The notes: generated by a model not told the origin, from the letters alone. Counted from the first letter of the stretch, positions 1-10,153 are shown. The stretch: 64,000 bases of DNA from Thermoanaerobaculia bacterium (GCA_947259725.1 CAMYNM010000001.1:136190-200189), one strand, 5' to 3'. Numbers and translations are program-made.

Positions 1-1
1 G

Positions 2-238
2 GGCAAGGCCTGCTCGTTCAAGGGGCCGCCGGTGGCTGCGCCCAAGGGCTGCATGCCGTGGTTCGAGGTCCCGGGCCGGCGAAGCGCCAAAGCCACCGTC
101 GTCTGCGGCCATTGGGCCGCGCTCGGCCTGCGAGTTCAGCAGGGCCTGTTCGCGCTCGACACCGGTTGCGTTTGGGGCGGGGCCCTCACCGCCGTGCGGC
201 TCGAAGACGGACACGTCTACTCACAGCGAGCCCTTTAG
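2..238 (+). CDS. apaH: Symmetrical bis(5'-nucleosyl)-tetraphosphatase ApaH, C-terminal fragment (truncated by window start)
   Basis: PWF...GHWAALG...LDTGCVWGGALTAVRLED matches the ApaH C-terminus. Confidence 0.9.
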   Translation, partial: GKACSFKGPPVAAPKGCMPWFEVPGRRSAKATVVCGHWAALGLRVQQGLFALDTGCVWGGALTAVRLEDGHVYSQRAL

Positions 239-296
239 GAACCCACGGCGCCGGCTATCGCCGAGCTGGAAAGCGCCCCTTCCTGGACCGCGAGCC

Positions 297-833
297 CTAC
301 TCGGCGGGCCTGTAGATCCCGGTCGTCTCGTCGCCGAGGCGGAGTTTGGCCGCGCGACGCCGCGCCTCTCGCTTGGCCTTGAGGCGACCGAGGTAGAGGT
401 TGAGCTGGCTGCTGCGCGCGAGAAACCAGATCGGCAGCCTTCGGCGCACGCCCAGCTCGCGCTGAAGCTCGAGCAGGCCGTCATCCTCGGAATCCACGGC
501 CAGTCCCTCGCGAAGAGTGTGAATCGCGCCGTGTCGGTTGTCGAGCAAGAGATACGTCTTTGCGAGGTTCAAGTAGTTCACCGGCTCCGTCGGCTCGACC
601 ACTACCGCATGGGTGCACCACTCGAGCCCTTCGTGCATCCGCCCCTCACAACGCGCCATCGCAAGCCCGAGATGCGAGTAGAACTTCCCCGGCATGCCGT
701 TGCAGACGCCCTCCTGGTGCTTGAGCCGCCTGAGGTGGATGAGCCCCTCTCGCCAGTTGCCGCTCGAGCAGGCTCGTATTCCGAGTTCCAGGGTTTCCTT
801 GCAGTTCAGCGGCACGAAGGCCTCCTTGCTCAA
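297..833 (-). CDS. TPR-containing hypothetical protein
   Basis: TPR-like helices (YSHLGLAMA...; YLNLAKTYLLLDNRHGAI...GL); TTG start; promoter-like sequence upstream. Confidence 0.7.
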   Translation of the reverse strand: MSKEAFVPLNCKETLELGIRACSSGNWREGLIHLRRLKHQEGVCNGMPGKFYSHLGLAMARCEGRMHEGLEWCTHAVVVEPTEPVNYLNLAKTYLLLDNRHGAIHTLREGLAVDSEDDGLLELQRELGVRRRLPIWFLARSSQLNLYLGRLKAKREARRRAAKLRLGDETTGIYRPAE

Positions 834-853
834 GTCCCGTTGTCGGTAACTCC

Positions 854-883
854 ACTGTAAATGGAGCGCTATCTCAATGTCAG
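854..883 (-). promoter_or_regulatory. Putative sigma70 promoter of the TPR gene
   Basis: CTGACA-N18-TACAGT on the minus strand, about 20 nt upstream of the start. Confidence 0.45.
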
Positions 884-980
884 ATCAAATACTGTCACAA
901 CCGCATGCCAGAGGCCAGAAAGCGTACCGGCGGCCTCCTCCCGGGTTGCTGAGTTGCTCAGAACCGATCTGGCGGAGACA

Positions 981-1148
981 CTAGTGGCCTGTAGCACTCG
1001 AAGCGATACTGGATGGCCGAGCCATTCGTCGTCGAGGTCAAGGCGCGCCGACGCAGTCAGAGCGGTGCCTATGTCGAGGAGGCGCAACGTAGAGATCGGC
1101 GACCAGGGCCGGCCAGGTAGTAGCGTTTTGGGTGTTACAGGCCACTAG
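981..1148. mobile_element. MITE-like / long-hairpin element with 30-bp imperfect terminal inverted repeats ending in CTAG
   Basis: 981-1010 CTAGTGGCCTGTAGCACTCGAAGCGATACT versus the reverse complement of 1119-1148 CTAGTGGCCTGTAACACCCAAAACGCTACT (25/30 identical); further nested pairing inside. Confidence 0.55.
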
Positions 1149-1474
1149 ATTCCGACTCGGCTGCCGCAGGTCTCCGATCCGCCGCCGATTGGTCATCGCC
1201 GGCTTCAATTGATCGGCTGCGGCGAGATGCAGTTGCCCGCGCGCGGCGTTGGGTGCACCAGCACATCCTCGATCTCCCCCTCGCCCAGAGACCCGGCCAG
1301 CTCGTTCGGTGTATCGGTCACGATCACTCGCATCCAGAAGCACTCGGCGATGGGCACGGCGGGGCGTGGAAACCGGATCTCCGGAAGATCGACGGTCTGA
1401 TTTCTTCGTAATCTGAAGTGTTGCAGACAGTACCACGCTAGATACCTGCTACCGTTCTGACGGTGGGAGAGCAC

Positions 1475-2530
1475 ATGACCGTTGACCGAGTGATCTCGTA
1501 CGAGCTCCGGCGCGTGGATCCGCTGCGAGCTCGCATCGATGTCGTCGCGCTCAAGTACCCGCAGGGATACGACGACGAAGGTCTCGCCGTCGCCAGGGCA
1601 TTCGAACAAAAGGGCACGCCCCTCGAAGCCTTCCAGGTCGTCGAAGATGCCTACGAGCTCATCCCTTCGGAGGGGGCTCTCGGGGCCTCACATGCCCTTT
1701 TCGTCGGAGTTCCGCCGATCGCCGAGTTCCTCTACGAGGAGATCCGCCGTTTTTCCGCCCAGGTGCTGACCATCCTCGCCCGCGAGCGGCCTGAGGTCCG
1801 AACGGTCGCGATGCCACTGCTAGGTCCGGCCGGCCTCGACGCCGTCGAGTCGGCCCGCCAGCAGCTCCTCGGAGTCAAGGACGCCGTCGCCGGCGGAAGC
1901 TACCCGGAAGCTCTCGAAGCCGTGGTCATCCTCGAGGTCAGTCCGGCGAGCCTCGAGGCGGCGACCCTCGCGATCCGGACCGAACAGCAGGGCACGAAGC
2001 CTCCTGCTGGTTGGACGCCGAGGGGCCGGCTCGAATGGCCGATCTGCCCGGTCCCGCCCCCGGCCACCACCCGAGCCAAGGCGCCGCGAGCGATCAAGGC
2101 CACCGTCAACAAGGTTGCCGGCAAGCCCGCCAAGCGTCCGACGGCCTTCGTGGCGATGCCCTTTGCTCCCGCCATGCGCGACACCTGGAGGTTCGGAATT
2201 CAGCGCCCCGTGCGCGAAGCCGGCTACCTCTGCGAGCGGATGGACGAGGTGGTATTCCTCGGCGACATCATGTCCCGCGTCCGCAAGGGCATCGAAGAGG
2301 CGGATCTGGTAATCGGCGTTCTCACCGGCAGCAACCCGAACGTCTTTCTCGAGATCGGCTACGCCTGGGGTCGAGAACGCCCGACGCTCTTTCTCTGCCA
2401 GAAGAACAAAGACGGCTCGAACCCTGAGCTCCCCTTCGACCTCCAGGGACACAGATGCATCTACTACCTCGACTTGTCCGAGCTAAAAGACGAGCTCGAG
2501 AAGTTCTTGAAGGCTCTGCCGGCGGTGTAA
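1475..2530 (+). CDS. Macro-like domain + nucleoside 2-deoxyribosyltransferase-like (TIR-like fold) fusion protein
   Basis: C-terminal AFVAMPF...ERMDE...DIMSRV..GIEEADLVIGVLTGSNPNVFLEIGYAWG...LPFDL is NDT-like; N-terminal DVVALK...G.AVARA...VRTVAMPLLG fits a Macro alpha/beta pattern; ATG 1475 preceded by GGGAG. Confidence 0.75.
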   Translation: MTVDRVISYELRRVDPLRARIDVVALKYPQGYDDEGLAVARAFEQKGTPLEAFQVVEDAYELIPSEGALGASHALFVGVPPIAEFLYEEIRRFSAQVLTILARERPEVRTVAMPLLGPAGLDAVESARQQLLGVKDAVAGGSYPEALEAVVILEVSPASLEAATLAIRTEQQGTKPPAGWTPRGRLEWPICPVPPPATTRAKAPRAIKATVNKVAGKPAKRPTAFVAMPFAPAMRDTWRFGIQRPVREAGYLCERMDEVVFLGDIMSRVRKGIEEADLVIGVLTGSNPNVFLEIGYAWGRERPTLFLCQKNKDGSNPELPFDLQGHRCIYYLDLSELKDELEKFLKALPAV

Positions 2531-2645
2531 ACCGCCGCGCGCCCGTGGCCATAGCCAGTCGGGGGCCCTGCGGAATGTCCTCGAAGGTGCGTCGATTCGC
2601 ACCCGAACGCGCTTAGAAAAACTTGCTATTGTCTGTGGGCCAAAA

Positions 2646-4126
2646 ATGCCGCAAACCTTCCACTTCGCGATGATCAAGCCGTCGCACTACGACGACGACG
2701 GCTACGTGATCCAGTGGCTGCGCTCGGCGATGCCATCGAACACGCTCGCGACCCTCTTCGGGCTGGCCGCGGACTGCGCCGACCGGCGAATCCTGGGCGA
2801 CGACGTCGAGTTTCGTTTCACCACCATCGACGAGACCAATATCCGCGTCCGGATCGACAAGATTGTTCGGGAGGTTGGGCGTTCCGATCACGCGCTGATC
2901 GGCCTGGTCGGCGTCGGGTCCAATCAGTACCCGAGGGCGCTCGATCTGGCGCGAGCGTTTCGCGCCGAGGGGGCTTTCGGTCTGCATCGGAGGCTTTCAC
3001 GTCAGCGGTTGTCTCTCGATGCTCCCCGAGCTCACCCCAGAGCTTCAGGAGGCTCTGGATCTGGGCGTTTCGCTCTTCGCGGGCGAAGCCGAAGGCCGCC
3101 TCGACACCGTGCTCGCGGACGCTTACCGGGGCGAGCTTCAGCCGGTCTACAACTACCTCGACGACCTGCCGGCGATCGAGGATACCCCGATGCCCATCCT
3201 GCCCGCCAAGAGAGTCAAGCGCACCGCCAGCGCCCAGTCGAGCTTCGACGCCGGCCGCGGCTGCCCCTTCCGCTGCAGCTTCTGCACGATCATCAACGTC
3301 CAGGGGCGGCAGTCACGCTATCGACGCCCCGAGGAGATCGGCGAAATCATCCGTCGCAACCTCGCACAGGGCATCAGGCGGTTCTTCATCACCGATGACG
3401 ATTTCGCGCGCAACCGCATCTGGGAAGAGGTTTTCGATCACCTGATCGAGATTCGAGAGCGCGAGAGTCTCGAGTCCAACCTGGTCATCCAGGTAGACAC
3501 CCTCTGCCACAAGCTGCCCAACTTCGTCGAAAAGGCGGCGCGGGCGGGTGTCAAGCGGGTCTTCATCGGTCTCGAAAACATCGATCCCGCAAGCCTCAAG
3601 ACGGCGCACAAAGCACAGAACCGGATCACCGAGCATCGCCGGATGCTGCAGGCTTGGCGCGCCGACAAGGTCGTGACCGTGGCCGGCTACATCCTGGGTT
3701 TTCCGGGCGACACCGTCGAGAAGATCATGCACGACATCGAGATCATCAAGACGCCCGGGACTCCCGATCGAGAGCCCATTGACCTTCTACGCGAAGCACT
3801 GGAAGCACGTGATCGCTTCGTTCTGGCGTGCCGGCCGCATGTACATGCGCTACCAACCCTTGCGACGGGCGCTGCTGCGTGATCCGGGCGCCGCGAGCTA
3901 CACCGGCACCGCGCTGTCGCCGGTCACCGACGACGAGCTGGACGAGCTCGAGATCTTCCAGGTGAGCGAGGGCGCACGCAGTGCGGCACGCAAGGCCCAG
4001 AAGCGGTCCAGCTCGCCAGGCGCGCTAGGCGCACGCCTGGCTCCACTGACTCCACTCTCCCCACCGGAAAAAGCGTCGGGCACAGAGGACGCTACCCGAC
4101 GCGAAGTTCCTCTCCTTACTGCTTGA
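2646..4126 (+). pseudogene. B12-binding-type radical SAM protein, disrupted by a frameshift and an internal deletion
   Basis: CxxxCxxC (GCPFRCSFC). An extra G in the G5 run at 2969-2973 breaks RAEG|LSVCIGGFHVSG. After ...DIEIIK (3750) the sequence jumps frame to RPGLPIESPLTFY, a far C-terminal segment of this family. Confidence 0.75.
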
Positions 4127-4267
4127 TCTCCTCCTTGTCGGACGGCATGCACAGCTCCTCGGGTGCATAGATCGAAACCGCCCCGCGGCCGAACTGATTC
4201 TCGGTCTTCCTGCCCTCTCGTTTGTCTCACCGCGGAGTAACGCCGCGGACTTCTTGCCAAGAACTTC

Positions 4268-4297
4268 TTGAAGGGAGAGCTTTCGCGATGCTAGTCT
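4268..4297 (+). promoter_or_regulatory. Putative sigma70 promoter of the S8 peptidase
   Basis: TTGAAG-N18-TAGTCT with an extended -10 TGn. Confidence 0.45.
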
Positions 4298-4301
4298 GCT
4301 A

Positions 4302-4406
4302 GCCGAAGTCCTTCGGAGTCTCCGTGCGACCGGGGTACCTGAGGATCCTATGGGTTTTCGCTCCGCCACCCGGGGAGGTGGTCGTCAGCGAGGAACCCCG
4401 GCCGGC
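4302..4406 (+). ncRNA. Structured 5' leader, candidate cis-regulatory RNA (partial resemblance to the c-di-AMP/ydaO riboswitch)
   Basis: Stem CCGGGGTACCT (4330-4340) / AGGAACCCCGG (4391-4401) encloses two hairpins; 5' GCCGAA and 3' CGTCAGC..AACCCCGG..GGC. Confidence 0.35.
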
Positions 4407-4458
4407 CGGTTTGCTGAAGGGCGCGATTCCGAATCGTCCTAGAAGGAGGAGCCGAACC

Positions 4459-7400
4459 ATGCAGGGCTGGTTTCGATTTGTGCTGTGCTGCCTAGTCGCC
4501 GTCACGGCGCTCGGCAGCACAACCATCACCGCGTCCGCGCAAGACTTCCAACCGATCCGGCCCACGGCCGTGGAGCCTGACCTCGAGTTCCCGGAGCGCA
4601 AGGCGCCTGGACCCGAGACCCTATATCTGGTCCGCCTCGCCGACCCTCCGATTGCGGCCTATCGGGGTGGGACCGCCGGCCTCGCACCGACGAGTCCGGA
4701 GGCCACCGGAGAGGGGAAGCTCCTCGCCGGCTCGAGCGCGGTGCTCGCCTACCGGACGTTTCTCGAGAGCCGGCACGCGGAGTTTCTGAACTCGGTCTAT
4801 CACATGCTGGGACGGGCTCCGGTGATCGCCCATCGCTACTTCGCCGCCAACAACGGCATGGCCGTTCGGCTTCTGCCCGAGGAAGCCGAAAGGGTCAGCC
4901 GGCTGCCGCAGGTCGCCTTCCTTCAGGCGGATTTCACCCGCCAACTTCACACCGATGCGGGACCCTCGTGGATTGGCGCGGATTCCATCTGGGACGGCTC
5001 CGGCACCGGCGGGCTCGGCTCGACCCAAGGCGAAGGGATCGTCATCGGTGTCATCGACTCGGGCATCAACCCCTCGAACCCATCGTTCGCGGCGGTCGGA
5101 CCCGTCGACGGATATGTCCACATCAACCCCAACGGCAGCGGCACGTTCGTTCCTGGAAGCTACTGCGCGACCGTCCCGTCGCTGTGCAACGACAAGTTGA
5201 TCGGGCTCTGGAACTTCACTACGGATTCCGATCCCGTGGACAACGACGGGCACGGCTCCCACACCGCCAGCACGGCGGCCGGTAACCTGCTCCCCGCGAC
5301 GCTTCTCGGAGCAGGGGCCAGCGACATCCGAACCATCTCCGGGGTGGCCCGCCACGCCAACATCATCGCCTACAAGGCCTGCGTCAGCGGCGGCTGCCCG
5401 GTCTCCAGCCTGACGAGCGCCATCGATCGGGCGATTCTCGATGGCGTAGACGTCATCAACTACTCGATCGGCTCCTCCGTACCCAGCGACGTGTGGAACG
5501 ACTTCGATACCGTGGGCTTTCTCAACGCGCGCTCGGCCGGCGTTTTCGTTGCGACGTCGGCAGGCAATAGCGGCCCCGGCGCGAGAACCGTCGGATCGCC
5601 CGCCGACGCGCCGTGGCTCACGAGCGTCGCAGCAAGCTCCCACGACAGGGTGTACTGGAACGTCTTGCAGAGCATGAGCGGTGGCGGCGCTCCGCCGCCG
5701 GCCGACATCGTCGGCAAGGGGTTCACCGGAGGACTCCCGGCGACTCCGATCGTGCACGCCAAAAACTTCGGCGACGACCTCTGCCTCAATCCATTCCCAG
5801 CGGGGACCTTCAGCGGCCAGATCGTCGTCTGCAATCGGGGCTCTATCGCCAGGGTCGCAAAGGGCCAGAACGTGCTGGACGGCGGCGCCGGTGGCTATAT
5901 CCTCGCCAATCAGCCCGGTGACGGCGAATCCCTGAGCCTGGACCCGCACGTCCTGCCGGCCTCTCACATCGGAAACTCCGACGCGCAGGTGCTCGAAGCC
6001 TGGCTCGACGTGGGCACCGGGCACATGGCGGCGCTTTCCGGAGCGACCCTCGACATCGACCCGCTCAACGGAGACGTCATGGCGTCCTTCAGCTCGAGAG
6101 GTCCCAATGGCGCTCTGGCCGAGATCATCAAACCGGATGTCAGCGCGCCCGGCGTGGACATCGCCGCGGCGTATGGGATCGCCGACCCCTCGCCTGCGGA
6201 ATGGAGCTTTCTGAGTGGCACCTCCATGTCGAGTCCGCACGTCGCGGGCTCGGGAGCCCTCTTGAAGGCCCTCCACCCGACCTGGACCCCTGCCGAGATC
6301 CAGTCCGCCCTGATGACGACGGCGCAGCCGCCATTGGTCAAGGAGGATTTGACGACACCGACCGATCCGTTCGACGTCGGATCGGGTCGCGTGGACCTTC
6401 CCAACGCCGTCCAGGTCGGTCTCGTCATGAACGAGAGCCAGGCCGACTACCTTGCAGCCGACCCCGTGACCGGCGGCGATCCGTCCAGCCTCAACCTCGC
6501 CAGCTTGGGAAACGGATCGTGCCTGGGAGTCTGCACCTGGACCCGCGAGGTGCGCAGCACCCTCGCGAGCGCCATGAATTGGACCGTATCGGTCACCAAT
6601 CCCCCGGGCATCGAGCTCATCGTCAGCCCGAACGCCTTCTCGCTCCCATCGACGGGCTCGCAAGCCCTGACCGTAACGGCCAGCCTGCTCGATCTGGCTC
6701 CGCCCGACACCTGGCGGTTCGGAAGTGTGCACCTGTCGCCTACCTCGGGACCGATCGTTCGCCTACCGGTGGCTCTCGCCAACGACAACCCGGGAGGGCT
6801 TCCCACGACCTATGCGGTCAGCACCAGTGCGACGAATCCCCTGTGCAAGGTTCCGTACGGCGACGGAAGCTACCTGAACTTGCAGGACTTCAGCATCTTC
6901 CCCGCCTCCACGCTGTTCGGTAACGAGTTCACCTGGTCCGCTTTTTCGACGGGCTCGCCGTTCAGCTACTACGGCTCGAGCTACACGGGTTGGCGCGGCA
7001 GCGACAATGGGTTCGGGTTCTTCGACGTAGCGAGCTTCGGCGGATCGCCGGCCATCCCTCAGACCCTGCCCGACCCGGCGCTTCCCAACACCCTCCAGGC
7101 GCCCTTGTGGAGCGATCTCGAGATCGTCTACGACGCCGGCACCAATCGCGGCGTGAGCCTCGCGACCCTCGGAGACGCGAGTGACCCCACGAGCTGGGCG
7201 ATCGTCGAGTACGACGACCCGGTTCCGACCGGCGGAGGATCTTCGGTAGGCGACTTCCAGAACTGGGTGCGCCGCACGCCCGACGACGCGCCCGGCGCGC
7301 CGGACATCGTATTCGCCTACGACAACCTCGGGACGCTCCCCGCCTTGGCGACCATCGGCGTGGAGAACTTCGGCGGAACCGCCGGCGCAGCGCTCCTCAA

Positions 7401-7689
7401 CCCCGGCAACCCAGCAAGCGCCCTCAGCAACGACTTCAAGGTCTGCTTCGACAATATCCTGGACTACTCGCAGTGTTCCGAGGAGCTCATCGTGACCGAC
7501 CACGAGGTCGCTGGGCCGGAGAGCTTTCTTGCCCAGAGCTCGATCACGGCAGGGGCCGGGTTCACGGTCCTGCCCGGCGGTCAGGCCCACCTTCTGACCG
7601 ATGCCGGAGGAAGAATCGTCTTCTACAACGGCACCGAGATCCAAGGGGAGATGGCGGCTGGGAGCCAACCGGGCATTTGCCCACCCTAG
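4459..7689 (+). CDS. Secreted S8 subtilisin-like serine peptidase (I9 prodomain, PA domain, Fn3-like, C-terminal 3-coathanger-like domain)
   Basis: Signal peptide; GVIDSG, HGSHTASTAAG and SGTSMSSPHVAG triad motifs; RBS AGGAGG before ATG 4459. Confidence 0.93.
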   Translation: MQGWFRFVLCCLVAVTALGSTTITASAQDFQPIRPTAVEPDLEFPERKAPGPETLYLVRLADPPIAAYRGGTAGLAPTSPEATGEGKLLAGSSAVLAYRTFLESRHAEFLNSVYHMLGRAPVIAHRYFAANNGMAVRLLPEEAERVSRLPQVAFLQADFTRQLHTDAGPSWIGADSIWDGSGTGGLGSTQGEGIVIGVIDSGINPSNPSFAAVGPVDGYVHINPNGSGTFVPGSYCATVPSLCNDKLIGLWNFTTDSDPVDNDGHGSHTASTAAGNLLPATLLGAGASDIRTISGVARHANIIAYKACVSGGCPVSSLTSAIDRAILDGVDVINYSIGSSVPSDVWNDFDTVGFLNARSAGVFVATSAGNSGPGARTVGSPADAPWLTSVAASSHDRVYWNVLQSMSGGGAPPPADIVGKGFTGGLPATPIVHAKNFGDDLCLNPFPAGTFSGQIVVCNRGSIARVAKGQNVLDGGAGGYILANQPGDGESLSLDPHVLPASHIGNSDAQVLEAWLDVGTGHMAALSGATLDIDPLNGDVMASFSSRGPNGALAEIIKPDVSAPGVDIAAAYGIADPSPAEWSFLSGTSMSSPHVAGSGALLKALHPTWTPAEIQSALMTTAQPPLVKEDLTTPTDPFDVGSGRVDLPNAVQVGLVMNESQADYLAADPVTGGDPSSLNLASLGNGSCLGVCTWTREVRSTLASAMNWTVSVTNPPGIELIVSPNAFSLPSTGSQALTVTASLLDLAPPDTWRFGSVHLSPTSGPIVRLPVALANDNPGGLPTTYAVSTSATNPLCKVPYGDGSYLNLQDFSIFPASTLFGNEFTWSAFSTGSPFSYYGSSYTGWRGSDNGFGFFDVASFGGSPAIPQTLPDPALPNTLQAPLWSDLEIVYDAGTNRGVSLATLGDASDPTSWAIVEYDDPVPTGGGSSVGDFQNWVRRTPDDAPGAPDIVFAYDNLGTLPALATIGVENFGGTAGAALLNPGNPASALSNDFKVCFDNILDYSQCSEELIVTDHEVAGPESFLAQSSITAGAGFTVLPGGQAHLLTDAGGRIVFYNGTEIQGEMAAGSQPGICPP

Positions 7690-7702
7690 ACGGCCGGCCG
7701 GT

Positions 7703-10153
7703 CTACTCCGGCAGGCCCATCTGTTCGAGAAAGACCCGCCAGCGAGGATCGTCATGCAGGCTGGTCAGGAAGGCGCTCACCTTCAGGTCTTGCAGCCCGG
7801 GATCGCGGTGGGATAACGCGCGCTCGAGCCACTCGAACGCCGCATCGGGCTCGCGGCGAAACGCATGGATCTCGGCCAGCTGGAAGGCCGCGTCGTCGCC
7901 GTACGTCTCCCTCATGTCGCGCAAGGCGGCGTCCGCCTCCGCAGGCCTGCCGAGCGCGTGGTAGGCGAGCGCCTTGCCGTTCATCCGCCAATGCGGCGCG
8001 GTCTCCTGCTCAATCCTCGCCAGTGCCTCTTCCGGGCGCGACCGCAAGAGCTCGACCAGACCCAGCCTCAAATACGTCCCATCACGGTCCGGCTGGAGCT
8101 CGAGCACCTTCGCAAATACAGTCTCCGCTTCCTCCAAGTGGCCGGCTCGCATCAAGCTGACTCCGAGCCTGTAAACCGCCGCCGAGCTCAGCGGATCGAG
8201 CTCCGCCGCCCGGCGAGCGAAGGCGATCGCCTGGTCCGTTCTGCCGAGCGCGCCGGAGAGGTTCGACGCGGTCAAGAGCACGGTGGCGTTGCCCGGAGCC
8301 AGAGCCCGCGCCTTGCCAAGGGCCAGTTCCGCCCCGGACCAATCCCGGTCGTACGACACCCTGACCTCTCCCAGCGCGGACCAACCCTCGGCCGATCTCT
8401 CGTCCAGCTCGACCGCGCGGGTCGCCGCCTCGCGCGAGAGACGAAAGCCCTCGTCGAACGGCACGAACGCCTGGTAGGCCTGCCAGATCCGAGCATGCGC
8501 GAGACCGGCCCAAGCCGACGCATAGCCCGGATCGAGCGTCAACGACCGCTCGAAGGCCTCCACCGCTTGCTCCAGAGCCTGTCTGGAGGTGTGCCTGCCG
8601 AAGTGCTGCCCTTGCAGGTAGAGGTTGTAGGCCTCGGGGTTTCGGCCTTGCGCGGACTGTTCGGCGGTCGCGCCGCCCAACAGCGTGACCTCGAGCGCTT
8701 CGGCCACCGAAGCAGCGATGTCGTCCTGAACCGCGAAAATGTCCTCCAGCGTGCGATCGTAGGTCTGCGACCAGAGATGAAAGCCGTCTGCGACGTTGAC
8801 GAGCTGAGCGGTGATGCGGACCTTCTCCCCGGCCTTGCGCACGCTGCCTTCGAGAATGGTCGCGACATTCAGCTTCTTTCCGATCAAACGAAGATCTTCG
8901 GTCTGACCCTTGAAGGAAAACGATGACGTCCGCCCGGCCACTTTGAGATCGCGTATCTGCGCCAGGGCGTTCAAGAGTTCCTCGGCCAGACCGTCGGTGA
9001 AGTACTCCTGGTCCTGCTCCGGGCTCATATCGACGAAAGGCAAGACCGCGATCGAGGCGTAGGCGGCCTCGGCACCGAACGGAGCGCCGGCTACCGGCCC
9101 GCCGGGCGAATCGACTCCCCTGCCGAGCCAGAGCCCGGCCGCGAGAGTCGCTATCAGAGCCGTGGCTCCAAGCCCGATCCAGAGTCCGCGACGAGAAGGC
9201 GCACCGGGCGTCTCGCCCGCACCTCCGAATTCTCCTGCGGCTGCCCCTCCGGGCCCAGCCGACGCCGAGCCCGAGTCCGTGTCGCGCTTGAGGCGCAGAA
9301 GATCCGCCTTGAGCTCCGCGGCGCTCTGGTACCGCAGCGTCTTGTCTTTCTCGAGCGACTTGCCGAGGATGCGCTCGAGCTCCCCCGGCAGATCCGGGTT
9401 GACCCGCCCCGGCGCGGTCGGCGCCTGACTCAAGATCGAATTGAAGATCGTCCCGGCGGTCTTCCCTTCGAACGGCATCTTGCCGGTGGCCATCTCGTAG
9501 AGCACGACCCCGAGCGAAAAGAGATCGGTTCGCTCGTCGAGCTCCTCGCCACGCACTTGCTCCGGAGACATGTAGGCGATCGTGCCCATCGAAGTGCCGG
9601 GAGTCGTCAACTGCTCGCTGTGGAGCTCGGTTTCGGCATGCTCGAACTGCGTCGCCGACGCCGACTCTGGACGAGCCCGATCCTCGGTGACCTTCGCGAG
9701 CCCGAAGTCGAGCACCTTGGCGTCGCCGCGCTCGGTCACGAAGAGATTCGCCGGCTTGAGGTCCCGATGGACGATCCCGGCGCTATGGGCGGCCTCGAGC
9801 GCATCCGCTACCTGGGCGCCAAACCGTACGATCTCCCCGGCCGGCATCGGCTCGGCACCGATCCGGTACTTCAAGGTCTGGCCGTCCAGCAGTTCCATCG
9901 CGATGAACGGACGACCCTCGTCCTCGCCGAGCTCGTAGATGGTGCAGATGTGCGGATGATTGAGCGCCGACGCCGCCCGGGCCTCACGCCGAAACCGCGT
10001 CAGGGCTTCCGAATCCTCCGCCATCGCATCCGGGAGGAACTTGACGGCCACCTGCCGGCCCAGAGTCAGATCCTTGGCCCGATACACGACTCCCATACCG
10101 CCACCCCCGAGCTTCTCGAGGATCGTGTAGTGAGAGACGGTCGTACCGATCAA
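7703..10153 (-). CDS. Ser/Thr protein kinase with TM helix, TolB-like domain and TPRs
   Basis: [25 protein letters not shown]; SIAVLPF..MS TolB-N-like module; TPRs. Confidence 0.93.
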   Translation of the reverse strand: MIGTTVSHYTILEKLGGGGMGVVYRAKDLTLGRQVAVKFLPDAMAEDSEALTRFRREARAASALNHPHICTIYELGEDEGRPFIAMELLDGQTLKYRIGAEPMPAGEIVRFGAQVADALEAAHSAGIVHRDLKPANLFVTERGDAKVLDFGLAKVTEDRARPESASATQFEHAETELHSEQLTTPGTSMGTIAYMSPEQVRGEELDERTDLFSLGVVLYEMATGKMPFEGKTAGTIFNSILSQAPTAPGRVNPDLPGELERILGKSLEKDKTLRYQSAAELKADLLRLKRDTDSGSASAGPGGAAAGEFGGAGETPGAPSRRGLWIGLGATALIATLAAGLWLGRGVDSPGGPVAGAPFGAEAAYASIAVLPFVDMSPEQDQEYFTDGLAEELLNALAQIRDLKVAGRTSSFSFKGQTEDLRLIGKKLNVATILEGSVRKAGEKVRITAQLVNVADGFHLWSQTYDRTLEDIFAVQDDIAASVAEALEVTLLGGATAEQSAQGRNPEAYNLYLQGQHFGRHTSRQALEQAVEAFERSLTLDPGYASAWAGLAHARIWQAYQAFVPFDEGFRLSREAATRAVELDERSAEGWSALGEVRVSYDRDWSGAELALGKARALAPGNATVLLTASNLSGALGRTDQAIAFARRAAELDPLSSAAVYRLGVSLMRAGHLEEAETVFAKVLELQPDRDGTYLRLGLVELLRSRPEEALARIEQETAPHWRMNGKALAYHALGRPAEADAALRDMRETYGDDAAFQLAEIHAFRREPDAAFEWLERALSHRDPGLQDLKVSAFLTSLHDDPRWRVFLEQMGLPE

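Noticed and set aside
1150-1460. Short minus-strand ORF fragments (MRVIVTDTPNELAG...)
   Set aside because: No recognisable family, RBS or consistent frame; could be a remnant but cannot be supported.
4621-6732. Long antisense ORFs (also 14038-15315, 29806-31356, 34865-36931, 47798-49696, 50846-52549)
   Set aside because: Shadow frames of well-supported genes in high-GC DNA; no recognisable motifs.
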